The notes beneath the pieces are model-generated. The model worked only from the letters and a program-made list of their open reading frames with translations, was not told where the DNA came from and searched no databases. A stretch of DNA of 64,000 nt from the NCBI GenBank assembly GCA_046048135.1, contig JBJOGR010000036.1, forward strand, positions 4,164 to 68,163, written 5' to 3'. The DNA comes from Actinomycetota bacterium. Its GTDB lineage: Bacteria; Actinomycetota; Actinomycetes; S36-B12; UBA5976. Position 1 is the first letter of the stretch. Each line of letters begins with the position of its first letter. Of the stretch, positions 55,102 through 64,000 are shown one piece after another. A program made the translations under genes and the position numbers.

Positions 55102-56756
55102 TGTCTGAAAATTTAAATCAGCCAGCATCTGCACTGACTGCCGAATTAATTGTCCAACAATTAATTGATAATCAAGTTAATTTTGTAGCACTATCTCCTG
55201 GGTCAAGAAATGGTCCAATTTCTTTAGCGTTAGTTCAAGCAGAAAAAGAAGGGTTAATTCAAGTAGGAGTTCGAATTGACGAAAGATCTGCTGCATTTCT
55301 TGCATTGGGTGCATCAATTGCTAGTGGAAAACCAAGCGCAGTTTTAACCACATCTGGTACCGCAGTTGCAAATCTATTTCCCGCAATTGTGGAAGCTAAA
55401 TATTCAGGAATTCCTTTAATTGTTTTGACTGCAGATAGACCTGCATCATTCCAAGGAACAGGAGCAAATCAAGTAATTGCTCAAAGAGATATTTTCGGAA
55501 GTTATGTTTCTCGAAGTATTGAAATTGCATCCGACTCATTAAATATCGAAACCTCATCTGCTAAAGAAGCTATAAAAGATCGAATTAACTCAGTAATTTC
55601 AATAGCAGTAAAAAATCGAGTTCCTGTGCACCTAAACATCACTTTAAGTGAACCTTTAGTTCCAACTCAAAAATTTAAATTATTAAAGTCAAAAAATACT
55701 CAGTTAGAAACTCCTAATTTTTCAGAAAACATTTTGACAGAATATTTAGGTAAGAAAGGAATTATCGTAGCTGGTGCGACGAATTTAGAGTATTTAAATT
55801 ACGCAAAAGATTTATCAACTGCTCTTGATTGGCCAGTAATTGTAGAACCTCCACATGTTTGCGTTGGGGACAATATGGTTTCTAATTCCTCTGTAGTTCT
55901 TGCCATGAAAAAAAATGAATTAAATCCAGAAGTTGTACTAACTATTGGAAGAGTGGGTTTATCTAGACAAGTATCAGAATTAATAAAAAATTCTTCAATT
56001 GTTGTTTCTTGCGCAGTTCCAAATGTAATAACTAATTCTGTTGCTAAACAAAAAATATCTGGTTTATTTAGGATTCCCATAAAGCAAAGAAACGAAAACT
56101 GGCTAAAACTTTGGAAGGATTCAGGTTTGGCAGTTTTTGAAAAAATTCAAAAAGAACTTAAAGAGTATGCAAATTTATCGAATCTACACGTTGTGCAAAA
56201 TTTAATTCAACATTTACCAAAAAATTCACATATTCATTTATCATCTAGTTTTGCAGCAAGAGATTTTGATTTACTTATTTCACCTTTTTATGATTCTCCA
56301 TTTTCAAATGGAGAAGTTAGTGTTTCAATGAATAGAGGTGTTAATGGAATTGATGGTGTTGTTTCAACTGCAATTGGGGCTTCCTTAGTAAACAACAAAC
56401 CAACTTTTGCATTCTTAGGAGATATTGCTGCATTACATGATTTAAATAGTTTCATAATTCCAAAATTAGAAAAAGTTCCTGATATTACTTTCATAATTAC
56501 TGACAACAATGGGGGTGGAATTTTTAACACTTTGGAGCAATCTGGTGTAGAAGATTTTGAAAGAGTATATGGAACACCTACAGAGGTTAATCTTTCTCAA
56601 TTATTCAGTAATTTAAATGTTAAAACGAATGAAATTAAAAATCTTGAAGAGATTAAGAATTATTTGGGACAACCATCAGGTATAAAAGTTGTTATTATAA
56701 AAATAGAGTCTCGAGAAAATGAAGCTCAATTAAGAAAACAAATATTAGTTAGTTAA
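55092..56756 (+). CDS. menD: SEPHCHC synthase (ThDP-dependent)
   Basis: SPGSRN, IDERSAAF, TTSGTAVAN, NRGVNGIDG, GDIAALHD..NNGGGIF. Confidence 0.96.
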   Translation: MVLMSENLNQPASALTAELIVQQLIDNQVNFVALSPGSRNGPISLALVQAEKEGLIQVGVRIDERSAAFLALGASIASGKPSAVLTTSGTAVANLFPAIVEAKYSGIPLIVLTADRPASFQGTGANQVIAQRDIFGSYVSRSIEIASDSLNIETSSAKEAIKDRINSVISIAVKNRVPVHLNITLSEPLVPTQKFKLLKSKNTQLETPNFSENILTEYLGKKGIIVAGATNLEYLNYAKDLSTALDWPVIVEPPHVCVGDNMVSNSSVVLAMKKNELNPEVVLTIGRVGLSRQVSELIKNSSIVVSCAVPNVITNSVAKQKISGLFRIPIKQRNENWLKLWKDSGLAVFEKIQKELKEYANLSNLHVVQNLIQHLPKNSHIHLSSSFAARDFDLLISPFYDSPFSNGEVSVSMNRGVNGIDGVVSTAIGASLVNNKPTFAFLGDIAALHDLNSFIIPKLEKVPDITFIITDNNGGGIFNTLEQSGVEDFERVYGTPTEVNLSQLFSNLNVKTNEIKNLEEIKNYLGQPSGIKVVIIKIESRENEAQLRKQILVS

Positions 56757-58004
56757 TGCATTTCGCATTGCACTAAATTTTGCATTCGATTCTATTAATT
56801 CATCTTCTGCCGTAGATCCAGAAACAATTCCACATCCGGCAAATAATCTTGCAGAATTATCTTTGATTTCTGCACATCTTAGAGCTATTCCTAACTCTCC
56901 ATCCCCTTTTGAATTAATCCAACCAACTGGGCCTGTGTATCTATTTCGTTTCATTCTTTCTAATTCATTAATTAATTGCTTTGCTCTTCCTGTTGGTGTG
57001 CCACATATTGCTGCAGTTGGATGAAGACTTCCTGCAAGTACTAACGCTGGAGCCGAATCAACCAAAGTGCCTGAAATATCTGTCGCTAAATGAGCTACAT
57101 TTGCTAAACGCAAAACCTTTGGTGTTTTTGGAACATTCATATCTGTGCAATGAAGTGCAAGAGCAGTGGCTACTGAACTTACAGCAAACTCGTGCTCTTC
57201 TAAATCTTTTCCACTTTGGAGTAGGGCAACTTCAATTTCAGAATCAGTTGCAGAATCATCTCTCTTGATTGTTCCTGCTAACACTCTTGATAAAACCTGG
57301 TCCGAAGTTTTTCTCACTAGTAATTCAGGTGTTGCACCAATTAGTCCATCAACAGAAAAAGTCCAACATTCAGGAAAATCATTGCTCAAATTTAGTAGTA
57401 CTTTTTTTACATCTATTTTTTTATCACTTTGAGCAACTAAATCTCTTGTAAGTACCACTTTGTCAAGTTCTTTGTTATTTATTCTTTCAACTGCTTTTTC
57501 AACAGCTTTTTGCCAATCAGCTACAGATATGGAACCATCACTCCAGGTAATACTTTGTGGTTCTGACGTATTATTTTTTACATTAAAAATATCTTCTTTA
57601 ATTTTTTCTATATCTTGATTTCCAATAACAGTTAACCAAGTTGTTTGAGAATCTTGGCCAACAATTATTTTTGGTACCTTGATAACGCTTGAATCATCAA
57701 TTTCATAAGAAAATGAAACAAATGCAACTGCACCAGAACCTGAAGTTTGAACTTCATCTCTAATTGCACAGTTATCTATAAAGTTTTTCCACCATTTATG
57801 TCCTCTAGCGAATCTTTCTTTGCCACTAAATTCAGCTTCAGCAGTTATGCCCCAGGCAACCAATCCTTGATTATTTCTTACCCAAGAAAAAATTTCATTA
57901 GTCGGCTTATCTGGTAATAGTTCTAATAAATTAATTTTTCTACTTAGTGCAATTGTGCGAATAAGAGTTGTCGAAAAATTTTCAATTTTGGTTTGATTCG
58001 ACAT
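56745..58004 (-). CDS. menF: Isochorismate synthase
   Basis: KVVLTR, GATPELL, LAGT, EHEF, LHPTAAICGTP, FAGCGIV. Confidence 0.92.
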   Translation of the reverse strand: MSNQTKIENFSTTLIRTIALSRKINLLELLPDKPTNEIFSWVRNNQGLVAWGITAEAEFSGKERFARGHKWWKNFIDNCAIRDEVQTSGSGAVAFVSFSYEIDDSSVIKVPKIIVGQDSQTTWLTVIGNQDIEKIKEDIFNVKNNTSEPQSITWSDGSISVADWQKAVEKAVERINNKELDKVVLTRDLVAQSDKKIDVKKVLLNLSNDFPECWTFSVDGLIGATPELLVRKTSDQVLSRVLAGTIKRDDSATDSEIEVALLQSGKDLEEHEFAVSSVATALALHCTDMNVPKTPKVLRLANVAHLATDISGTLVDSAPALVLAGSLHPTAAICGTPTGRAKQLINELERMKRNRYTGPVGWINSKGDGELGIALRCAEIKDNSARLFAGCGIVSGSTAEDELIESNAKFSAMRNALTN

Positions 58005-58077
58005 GTTCCTAGACTACGACTGAGTTAAAAATAACGCCACAAGTGGCAAAAAATCCTGGGGCTGACACAATTAGATT

Positions 58078-58773
58078 ATGGCTAAAGCAACACTTGCAAA
58101 AAAACCACATGAAGTTGCTGAAATGTTTAATCGTGTGGCAGCAAAATATGACATCACAAATGATGTTTTGGCTTTAGGGTTTACTCATTCTTGGAGGAAA
58201 GCCACCAATTCCATTTTGAATCCAAAATATGGCGAATTAATTTTAGATCTAGCAGCAGGAACAGGAACAAGTTCAAAAGCATTTACTAAATCTGGGGCAA
58301 AGATTATTTCTTGTGATTTTTCTATTGGGATGTTAAAGGAAGGCAAGAAGCGTTATCCAAACCTTAATTTCTCTGCAGGAGATGCTTTATCTTTACCTTT
58401 TCAAGATGAAACTTTTAATGCGGTAACTATTTCATTTGGAATTAGAAATGTAAACGATGTACAAAAAGCTTTAACTGAAATGCTAAGAGTCACAAAAAAA
58501 GGTGGACGAATTGTTATTTGTGAGTTTTCAACTCCTACGATAAAAGTATTCAAAAATATTTATATGGAATATTTAATGAAAGCCCTTCCAGCGATAGCAA
58601 AAAAGACTTCCTCAAATCCTGATGCATATGAATATTTAGCCGATTCAATCAGAGCTTGGCCAAATCAAGAAGAATTTTCTAGTCAATTGAAAAAGGCGAA
58701 TTGGGATAATGTTGAATGGAAGAATCTAACAGGCGGAATTGTTGCAATTCACAAAGCAGAGAAAAGTAAATAA
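58078..58773 (+). CDS. menG: Demethylmenaquinone methyltransferase (MenG/UbiE)
   Basis: MF..VA.KYD.TND, LDLAAGTG, ISFGIRNV, AYEYLADSI. Confidence 0.96.
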   Translation: MAKATLAKKPHEVAEMFNRVAAKYDITNDVLALGFTHSWRKATNSILNPKYGELILDLAAGTGTSSKAFTKSGAKIISCDFSIGMLKEGKKRYPNLNFSAGDALSLPFQDETFNAVTISFGIRNVNDVQKALTEMLRVTKKGGRIVICEFSTPTIKVFKNIYMEYLMKALPAIAKKTSSNPDAYEYLADSIRAWPNQEEFSSQLKKANWDNVEWKNLTGGIVAIHKAEKSK

Positions 58774-60026
58774 TGACTAATAAATCAGACGTAATAGTTG
58801 TAGGAGCAGGTCCTGCAGGAAGTGCGACTGCATTTCATTTAGCTAAACAAGGATTAAATGTAACTTTATTTGAAAAAACAAGTTTTCCTAGAGAAAAAGT
58901 TTGTGGAGATGGTTTAACTCCAAGAGCTGTAAAACAAATACTTGATATGGGAATTGAACCAACAAAAGAAAATGGTTGGTTACGTAATAAAGGTTTAAGA
59001 GTAATTGGTGGAGGACATCGACTAGAACTAAATTGGCCAGACGTTGATGGATTTCCAAATTATGGATTAGTTAGAACAAGAGCAGATTTTGATGAATTAT
59101 TAGCAAGAACTGCACAAAAACAAGGTGTTAATTTATTTGAAAAAACAAGAGTAACCGGTCCTATTTTTGATTCAACTTCTGGAAAAGTTATTGGTGTAAA
59201 TATTAAAAAAGATGATGGAAATTTAGAGCAACATTTCGCACCAGTTGTTGTTGCTTCAGATGGAGTTTCAAGCCGAATGGCATTAGCTCTTGGATTAGAA
59301 CGTAGAGACGATCGTCCCATGGGAGTTGCAGTTAGAACTTATTACAAAAGCACAAGAAGTGATGATGATTATTTAGAATCTTGGCTTGAACTTAAAGATC
59401 AAAATAAATTATTGCCAGGCTATGGCTGGATTTTTGGAATGGGAGATGGAACTTCAAATGTTGGTTTAGGAATTTTAGATTCTTCTCCAGTATTTCAAAG
59501 TATTGATTACAAAGATTTATTGAAACGTTGGCTTGATCAAACTCCAGAAGACTGGGGATTTAGAGATCACAACATGACTCAACCTGTAAGAGGAGCAGCT
59601 TTACCGATGGGTTTTAATCGTCAACCACATTATGCAAAAGGAATGATTTTAGTGGGGGACTCAGGAGGAATGGTAAATCCATTTAATGGAGAAGGTATTG
59701 CTTATGCCATGGAAACAGGACAAGTAGCAGCTGATGTTATTTCTAAATCTTTAAAAGCTAAATCAGAATTTGAAAGAGAAAAACAATTACGTCAATATCC
59801 AATTGTGTTAAAAGATAGATTAGGTGGTTACTACACATTAGGAAGAGTTTTCGTCAAACTAATTGGAAATCCTCAAATCATGCAAGTTGCGACTAAATAC
59901 GGCATGGCATCAAAACCATTAATGCGTTTTACCTTGAAACTTTTGGCAAATCTTTACAGCACATCTGGAAAGACAAAATCTGATCGAATCATTACTGCAC
60001 TTACAAAGATTGCTCCTGCCGCCTAG
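58773..60026 (+). CDS. Geranylgeranyl reductase family protein, menaquinone reductase MenJ-like
   Basis: GAGPAG, REKVCGDGLTPRAV, GYGWIF, GDSGGMVNPFNGEGIAYA; coupled to menG. Confidence 0.85.
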   Translation: MTNKSDVIVVGAGPAGSATAFHLAKQGLNVTLFEKTSFPREKVCGDGLTPRAVKQILDMGIEPTKENGWLRNKGLRVIGGGHRLELNWPDVDGFPNYGLVRTRADFDELLARTAQKQGVNLFEKTRVTGPIFDSTSGKVIGVNIKKDDGNLEQHFAPVVVASDGVSSRMALALGLERRDDRPMGVAVRTYYKSTRSDDDYLESWLELKDQNKLLPGYGWIFGMGDGTSNVGLGILDSSPVFQSIDYKDLLKRWLDQTPEDWGFRDHNMTQPVRGAALPMGFNRQPHYAKGMILVGDSGGMVNPFNGEGIAYAMETGQVAADVISKSLKAKSEFEREKQLRQYPIVLKDRLGGYYTLGRVFVKLIGNPQIMQVATKYGMASKPLMRFTLKLLANLYSTSGKTKSDRIITALTKIAPAA

Positions 60027-60030
60027 CATT

Positions 60031-60048
60031 TTGTAACTTTAGTAACAA
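60031..60048. promoter_or_regulatory. Rex operator-like palindrome upstream of nuoA
   Basis: TTGTAACTTTAGTAACAA, 10/14 match to TTGTGAA-N4-TTCACAA. Confidence 0.5.
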
Positions 60049-60176
60049 AGGCATTGGCACAAATGCACAAGTGGTAAGAAATTGAAGGTCTTGGTTAGCC
60101 AATATTTAGTCAAAGAATAGACTTCTTGAAGTAAGTGAATCTCTGAACAAACTCGTTTTAAATCAGTAAGGGAGAT

Positions 60177-60539
60177 TTGATGAATACTGCCTGGCCAATA
60201 GTTGGTCTTGGTGCACTGGCATTTGCATTCGCAGTATTTTCAATTGTGGCTGGCGCTTTAGCCGGACCAAAAACTTATAACCGTGCAAAACTTTCAGCTT
60301 ATGAATGCGGAATTGAACCAACACCACAACCAATAGGTGGTGGAAGATTTCCAATTAAGTATTACTTAATTGCGATGCTATTTATTATTTTTGATATCGA
60401 AATAGTTTTTCTTTATCCTTGGGCAGTTTCTTTTGATCAACTTGGATTATTTGGCGTTATCGAAATGCTCTTATTTATTGGAACTGTATTTATCGCTTAC
60501 GCCTATGTTTGGCGACGCGGTGGACTTGAGTGGGAATAA
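60177..60539 (+). CDS. nuoA: NADH-quinone oxidoreductase subunit A
   Basis: YECGIEP, FIIFDIE..FLYPW; start 60177 (TTG) or 60180 (ATG). Confidence 0.97.
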   Translation: MMNTAWPIVGLGALAFAFAVFSIVAGALAGPKTYNRAKLSAYECGIEPTPQPIGGGRFPIKYYLIAMLFIIFDIEIVFLYPWAVSFDQLGLFGVIEMLLFIGTVFIAYAYVWRRGGLEWE

Positions 60540-60542
60540 AAA

Positions 60543-61097
60543 ATGGGTATTGAAGAAAAATTACCAAGTGGCGTCTTATTAACATCAGTTGAAAAACTTG
60601 CAGGTTATGTTAGAAAAAATTCTTTATGGCCAGCAACATTTGGTTTAGCTTGTTGCGCAATTGAAATGATGGCAACAGGTGCAGGACGTTATGACTTAGC
60701 AAGATTTGGAATGGAAGTTTTTCGCGCAAGTCCAAGACAAGCAGATTTAATGATTGTGGCAGGACGTGTTAGCCAAAAAATGGCACCTGTTTTAAGACAA
60801 ATTTATGATCAAATGGCAGAACCAAAATGGGTTTTAGCTATGGGTGTTTGTGCATCAAGTGGTGGCATGTTTAATAATTACGCAATTGTTCAAGGTGTAG
60901 ACCACGTTGTTCCAGTTGATATGTATTTACCAGGTTGTCCACCAAGACCTGAGATGTTATTAGATGCAATATTAAAAATTCACGATCAAATTCAAGATAT
61001 GAAACTTGGTAAACAAAGACAAAAAGAAGTTATAACTTTAGAAGATAAATCTTTAAAAGAAGTTCCTTTAATTGAATTGAAAGGCCTTCTTTCATGA
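60543..61097 (+). CDS. nuoB: NADH-quinone oxidoreductase subunit B
   Basis: [25 protein letters not shown]. Confidence 0.98.
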   Translation: MGIEEKLPSGVLLTSVEKLAGYVRKNSLWPATFGLACCAIEMMATGAGRYDLARFGMEVFRASPRQADLMIVAGRVSQKMAPVLRQIYDQMAEPKWVLAMGVCASSGGMFNNYAIVQGVDHVVPVDMYLPGCPPRPEMLLDAILKIHDQIQDMKLGKQRQKEVITLEDKSLKEVPLIELKGLLS

Positions 61098-61795
61098 GTG
61101 AAAATGAAATTGTCAATCCAAATGAAACTCCTATTTTAAAAAATGTAATTAAAGGAGCATTTGGAAGTTCTACACAATCTGGAGATACTTCTGGATTTGG
61201 TGGACTTGTTACCACGATTTCACAAACACCAAGTGCACAAAGACCATATGGAAGCTACTTTGACCAAATTGCAGATGCACTAGCTAGGGCTTTAAAAGAT
61301 GAGGGATTAACTTTTGAACAAGTTGTAGAAAGAGTTATTGTTCAAGCAGATCAATTAACTTTCATGGTTAAAAAAGAACACCTTTTAAAAGTTGCTCAAG
61401 TTTTAAGAGATGATGCCGAATTACGTTTTGAAATGTGCATGGGAGTAACTGGAGTCCATTGGCCAAAAGAAAAAGATAGAGAATTACATGCGGTTTATCC
61501 ATTCGTATCTATTACTCATAACAGAAGAGTTTTAGTAGAAGTAGTGACTTCTGATGCAAATCCACATATTCCATCAATTACATCTTTGTATCCATCTAAT
61601 AATTGGCATGAAAGAGAAACTTACGATTTCTTTGGAATAATTTTTGATGGACATCCTGCATTAACAAGAATTGAAATGCCAGATGATTGGGTAGGTCATC
61701 CGCAAAGAAAAGATTATCCACTTGGTGGAATTCCAGTTGAATATAAAGGTGCAGTAATTCCTGCTCCAGATAACAGAAGGAATTATCACGGATGA
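61094..61795 (+). CDS. nuoC: NADH-quinone oxidoreductase subunit C
   Basis: [28 protein letters not shown]. Confidence 0.97.
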   Translation: MSENEIVNPNETPILKNVIKGAFGSSTQSGDTSGFGGLVTTISQTPSAQRPYGSYFDQIADALARALKDEGLTFEQVVERVIVQADQLTFMVKKEHLLKVAQVLRDDAELRFEMCMGVTGVHWPKEKDRELHAVYPFVSITHNRRVLVEVVTSDANPHIPSITSLYPSNNWHERETYDFFGIIFDGHPALTRIEMPDDWVGHPQRKDYPLGGIPVEYKGAVIPAPDNRRNYHG

Positions 61796-63114
61796 GTACT
61801 GATATTTTTTCCGGTTCATATGAAACAACTCAAGGACGTGTTTACACACTTTCTGGTGGAGATTGGGACACAGTTTTAGGTGCACCAACTGGTGAACGTG
61901 AACGAATTGTGGTCAACATGGGACCACAACATCCTTCAACACATGGAGTACTTCGTTTAATTCTTGAACTAGATGGTGAAACTGTCACTGAAGCAAGATG
62001 TGGAATTGGTTATTTACACACCGGCATTGAAAAAAATATGGAATTTAGAAACTGGGTACAAGGAACAACATATGTAACCAGAATGGATTATCTCTCACCA
62101 ATATTTAATGAAACTGCATATTGTTTAGCCGTTGAAAAATTATTAGGAATAACAAATGATATTCCAGACAGAGCAAATACCATCAGAGTTTTGATGATGG
62201 AACTAAATAGAGTTTCTTCTCATTTAGTAGCTCTTGCAACAGGTGGAATGGAACTTGGTGCATTAACTGCAATGACAAATGGTTTCAGAGATCGTGAATT
62301 AATTTTAGATATTTTTGAAATGATTACTGGACTTCGCATGAATATGGCTTATGTAAGACCTGGTGGAGTAGCAATTGATTTACCTCAAGGTGCTGAAAAG
62401 AAAATTGAAGAAACAATTAAATTACTGAGAAAAAGATTAAAAGATAATTACAATTTGCTAGTTGATAACAGTGTGTGGACTGCAAGAACTAAAGGAATTG
62501 GAGTTCTTGACTTAACAGGTTGCATGGCATTGGGTATGACAGGACCAGTATTAAGAGCAACTGGTTTACCTTGGGATTTAAGAAAAACTCAACCATATTG
62601 TGGTTATGAAAATTATGAATTCAATGTAATTACAGAAAACACAAGTGATACCTATGGAAGATTTTTAGTCAGAGTAAGAGAAATAAATGAGTCTTTAAAC
62701 ATCGTTGAACAAGCTCTGTACAAATTAAAACCTGGACCAGTCATGGTTGAAGATAAATCAATTGCTTGGCCTGCACAATTAGCGTTAGGTTCAGACGGAT
62801 TAGGTAATTCGTTAGATCACATTAGAAAAATTATGGGTCAATCAATGGAATCTTTGATTCATCATTTCAAATTAGTAACTGAAGGTTTTAAAGTTCCAGT
62901 TGGACAAGCTTATGTTGCAATTGAATCACCACGTGGAGAACTTGGGGCATTTGCTGTTAGTGATGGAGGAACTAAACCTTATCGAGTTCATTTCCGCGAT
63001 CCTTCATTTAATAATTTGCAAGCAGTTGGCCCAATGGGTGAAGGTGGACAAGTTGCAGACATCGTTGCAGCAGTTGCCTCAATTGATCCTGTGATGGGTG
63101 GTGTTGATCGATGA
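61792..63114 (+). CDS. nuoD: NADH-quinone oxidoreductase subunit D
   Basis: [39 protein letters not shown]. Confidence 0.98.
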   Translation: MSTDIFSGSYETTQGRVYTLSGGDWDTVLGAPTGERERIVVNMGPQHPSTHGVLRLILELDGETVTEARCGIGYLHTGIEKNMEFRNWVQGTTYVTRMDYLSPIFNETAYCLAVEKLLGITNDIPDRANTIRVLMMELNRVSSHLVALATGGMELGALTAMTNGFRDRELILDIFEMITGLRMNMAYVRPGGVAIDLPQGAEKKIEETIKLLRKRLKDNYNLLVDNSVWTARTKGIGVLDLTGCMALGMTGPVLRATGLPWDLRKTQPYCGYENYEFNVITENTSDTYGRFLVRVREINESLNIVEQALYKLKPGPVMVEDKSIAWPAQLALGSDGLGNSLDHIRKIMGQSMESLIHHFKLVTEGFKVPVGQAYVAIESPRGELGAFAVSDGGTKPYRVHFRDPSFNNLQAVGPMGEGGQVADIVAAVASIDPVMGGVDR

Positions 63115-63773
63115 GTATTAAATCAATTACAGATTCTGATTTTGAAGTTTTAGAAACTTTGGCACAAAAATACCCACAAAGAAGATCAGCATTATTACCA
63201 ATGCTTCATTACGTGCAATCAGTTCAAGGAATGGTTTCACCAGCTGGAATTCAAGCTTGCGCAAAAGTTTTAGATTTAACTCCTGCAGAAGTTGCTGCAG
63301 TTGCAACTTTTTACACCATGTTTAAGAGATTTCCAATGGGTAAACATCACATCGGAGTTTGCACAAATACTTTATGTGCTCTTTTAGGTGGAGATGAGTT
63401 ATGGAAGCAATTAACTGAAACTTTAGGTATTGGACATGACGAAACAACTGCTGATGCCATGTTTACCTTAGAAAGAATTGAATGCCAAGCAGCTTGCACA
63501 GTTGCACCAGTTATGACAGTTAATTGGGAATTTATGGATTCTATGACTCCAGAAAAAGTTAGAGATTTAATTGAAAAATTAAAATCAGGCACTCCTGTTA
63601 AATCAACCAGAGGCGTTGAAATTACTTCAATTTCAGATTCTGAAAAATTATTAGCAGGAATAAATGACGGAAAATATGCTCAATCACCAGGTGCTGATGA
63701 ATCAATGTTGGCTGGTCTAAAAGTTGCTAAAGAAAGAAACATGTCAGCACCATTAAGTAAGGCAGGAAAATAA
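63111..63773 (+). CDS. nuoE: NADH-quinone oxidoreductase subunit E
   Basis: ATFYTMF, CTNTLC and CQAAC 2Fe-2S ligands. Confidence 0.96.
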   Translation: MSIKSITDSDFEVLETLAQKYPQRRSALLPMLHYVQSVQGMVSPAGIQACAKVLDLTPAEVAAVATFYTMFKRFPMGKHHIGVCTNTLCALLGGDELWKQLTETLGIGHDETTADAMFTLERIECQAACTVAPVMTVNWEFMDSMTPEKVRDLIEKLKSGTPVKSTRGVEITSISDSEKLLAGINDGKYAQSPGADESMLAGLKVAKERNMSAPLSKAGK

Positions 63774-64000
63774 ATGGCCTTAACACCAGTCTTAACAGCA
63801 CATTGGGATGATCCTCAATCATTTGAAATTGAAAATTATAAAAAACATGGTGGCTATGAAGCTTTAAAAAAATCTTTGAAAAAAACTCCTGATGAAGTAA
63901 TAAATATTGTTAAAGATTCTGGATTAAGAGGAAGAGGTGGAGCAGGTTTTCCAACTGGAATGAAATGGTCTTTTGTTCCACAAAATGATGGCAAACCGCA
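63774..64000 (+). CDS. nuoF: NADH-quinone oxidoreductase subunit F, partial (runs off window end)
   Basis: Hand translation [14 protein letters not shown]...[19 protein letters not shown]; starts right after nuoE stop. Confidence 0.95.
   Translation, partial: MALTPVLTAHWDDPQSFEIENYKKHGGYEALKKSLKKTPDEVINIVKDSGLRGRGGAGFPTGMKWSFVPQNDGKP

Noticed and set aside
58038..60074. Shared 9-mer CACAAGTGG upstream of menG (58038) and nuoA (60066)
   Set aside because: Only two copies at different distances from the predicted -10 elements; cannot be told from chance by eye
366..63592. Short antisense and alternate-frame ORFs in the track (e.g. 7565-7900, 8458-8826, 18017-18424, 44968-45378, 46705-47052)
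   Set aside because: All lie over well-supported genes and have no recognisable motifs; consistent with shadow ORFs
1..64000. CRISPR arrays, rRNA, riboswitches, IS elements, inteins
   Set aside because: No regularly spaced repeats, all intergenic gaps under about 200 bp, no known aptamer recognised, and conserved proteins have normal lengths; an Rfam scan would be needed to exclude small motifs

Overview
Gene-dense, AT-rich (about one third G+C by eye) chromosomal segment of a streamlined actinobacterium. Evidence for the lineage: mshA, carD, lpqE-like, DUF3263/DUF3027/DUF2530, the actinobacterial menaquinone cluster and nuo order; a Nanopelagicales-like identity is only a guess. The window is almost all core genome: nitrobindin-nur-ygfZ-asparaginase, gpmA/mshA, carD-ispDF-cysS-rlmB-tRNA-Thr, ppc, an XPB helicase plus partner, two cold-shock proteins, a DEAD-box helicase, dacB-tilS-hpt-ftsH-folEPBK-panC-nadBC-coaX-lysS-argA-clpC, proC, rex with a lone cobA/hemD, system II cytochrome c maturation, menAEBCDFGJ and nuoA-F (partial). 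I see no CRISPR array, prophage, integrase, transposase, intein or rRNA, and no unmistakably new system. The best leads are: (1) an XPB + second Helicase_C_3/WYL protein pair resembling a minimal TFIIH XPB-p52 module; (2) a heme locus stripped to cobA/hemD while heme-consuming genes remain; (3) an LpqE-LytR_C fusion lipoprotein; (4) a glutaredoxin with no canonical in-frame start; (5) a Nur-like regulator with an altered metal site; (6) widespread leaderless promoters, Rex-like operators and losses at conserved loci (lsr2, phoU/senX3/regX3, bS22). Product calls come from motif recognition and remembered synteny, not database searches; absences refer to this window only.
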